NCBI GenBank assembly: GCA_002269645.1
Contig: NIVC01000955.1
Coordinates: 1 to 64,000, forward strand
Length of the DNA stretch: 64,000 nucleotides
Reading direction: 5' to 3'
DNA from: Macrostomum lignano
Taxonomy: Eukaryota
Part shown: positions 63,580-64,000 of the stretch, piece by piece
Numbering within the stretch: the first letter of the stretch is position 1
How the letters are laid out: each line of letters starts with the position of its first letter
Notes under the pieces: model-generated
Database searches by the model: none
Told to the model about the DNA's origin: nothing
Seen by the model: only the letters and a program-made list of their open reading frames with translations
Made by a program: the position numbers and the translations under genes

Positions 63580-63880
63580 GGTGGTTGTAGCCTGGTGGTT
63601 AGAACGTCGGACTCACGATTTGAAGGTCCGGAGTTCGATTCCCGATCCCACTGGAACAATTTGTGCCCTTGAGCAAGACACTTAACTCTGATTTGCTTCA
63701 GTTCACCCAGCTGTAAAATGGGTGCCAGCATTAGCTGGGATAATTGAGGATGTGTGTGGCGACCCCCCAGCCCTTGGACTGAACAGCCGTACGCAGCCTT
63801 CAGATGCGCCGCGCAATAGCTGCGGCTGAGCTGTCGGTTGCACATCTGGCCATTAAGGCAGGTGTAATCAATCAATCAAT
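63580..63880 (+). mobile_element. CORE-type SINE, copy 3 (full length, (ATCA)n tail)
   Basis: A box tagcctggtgg, B box gagttcgattc, CORE-like segment, tail gtaatcaatcaatcaat. Confidence 0.88.
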
Positions 63881-64000
63881 TCTATGTTAATTTTATATCA
63901 AACGCACATTCGGACATGTACTGTGCCTAAAATCATAAAAATGACACAGCTCGACACAGGTGTTTTGTGAATCAATTTTATTATTCTTAGCTTAATTACA

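Noticed and set aside
1-64000. Precise host species assignment
   Set aside because: GC-rich exons, minisatellite-filled introns and a CORE-SINE suggest an invertebrate (possibly a free-living flatworm), but the sequence alone cannot establish this.

Overview
Animal (metazoan) nuclear genomic DNA. Positions 1-13962 are the right-hand ~14 kb of an AT-rich Polinton/Maverick (adintovirus-like) endogenous virus. It encodes protein-primed PolB, a fibre-like protein, adenain-type protease, penton, packaging ATPase, major capsid protein, an HNH nuclease and a PLA2-integrase fusion, and ends in ...ACTACT after a subterminal hairpin. It appears to be inserted 54 nt into an intron of a host FRMD4-like gene. 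The top finding is a complete 303-nt group I self-splicing intron (11577-11879; P1, P3-P8, P9 and P10 can be drawn, with a covarying P7). It interrupts the G|PG calcium-loop motif of the viral PLA2-integrase gene, about 100 nt downstream of a free-standing HNH endonuclease gene. The virus also carries six copies of a 28-bp double-hairpin insertion element, conserved in structure rather than sequence, flanked by AT and adding 30 bp in frame. The rest of the window is host DNA: FRMD4-like (- strand), p38 MAPK-like (- strand) and SLC35C2-like (+ strand) genes, with long introns and intergenic DNA full of minisatellites, microsatellites, CORE-type SINEs, a deleted mariner and MITEs. All pairings and splice junctions were worked out by eye; no database search or folding program was run.
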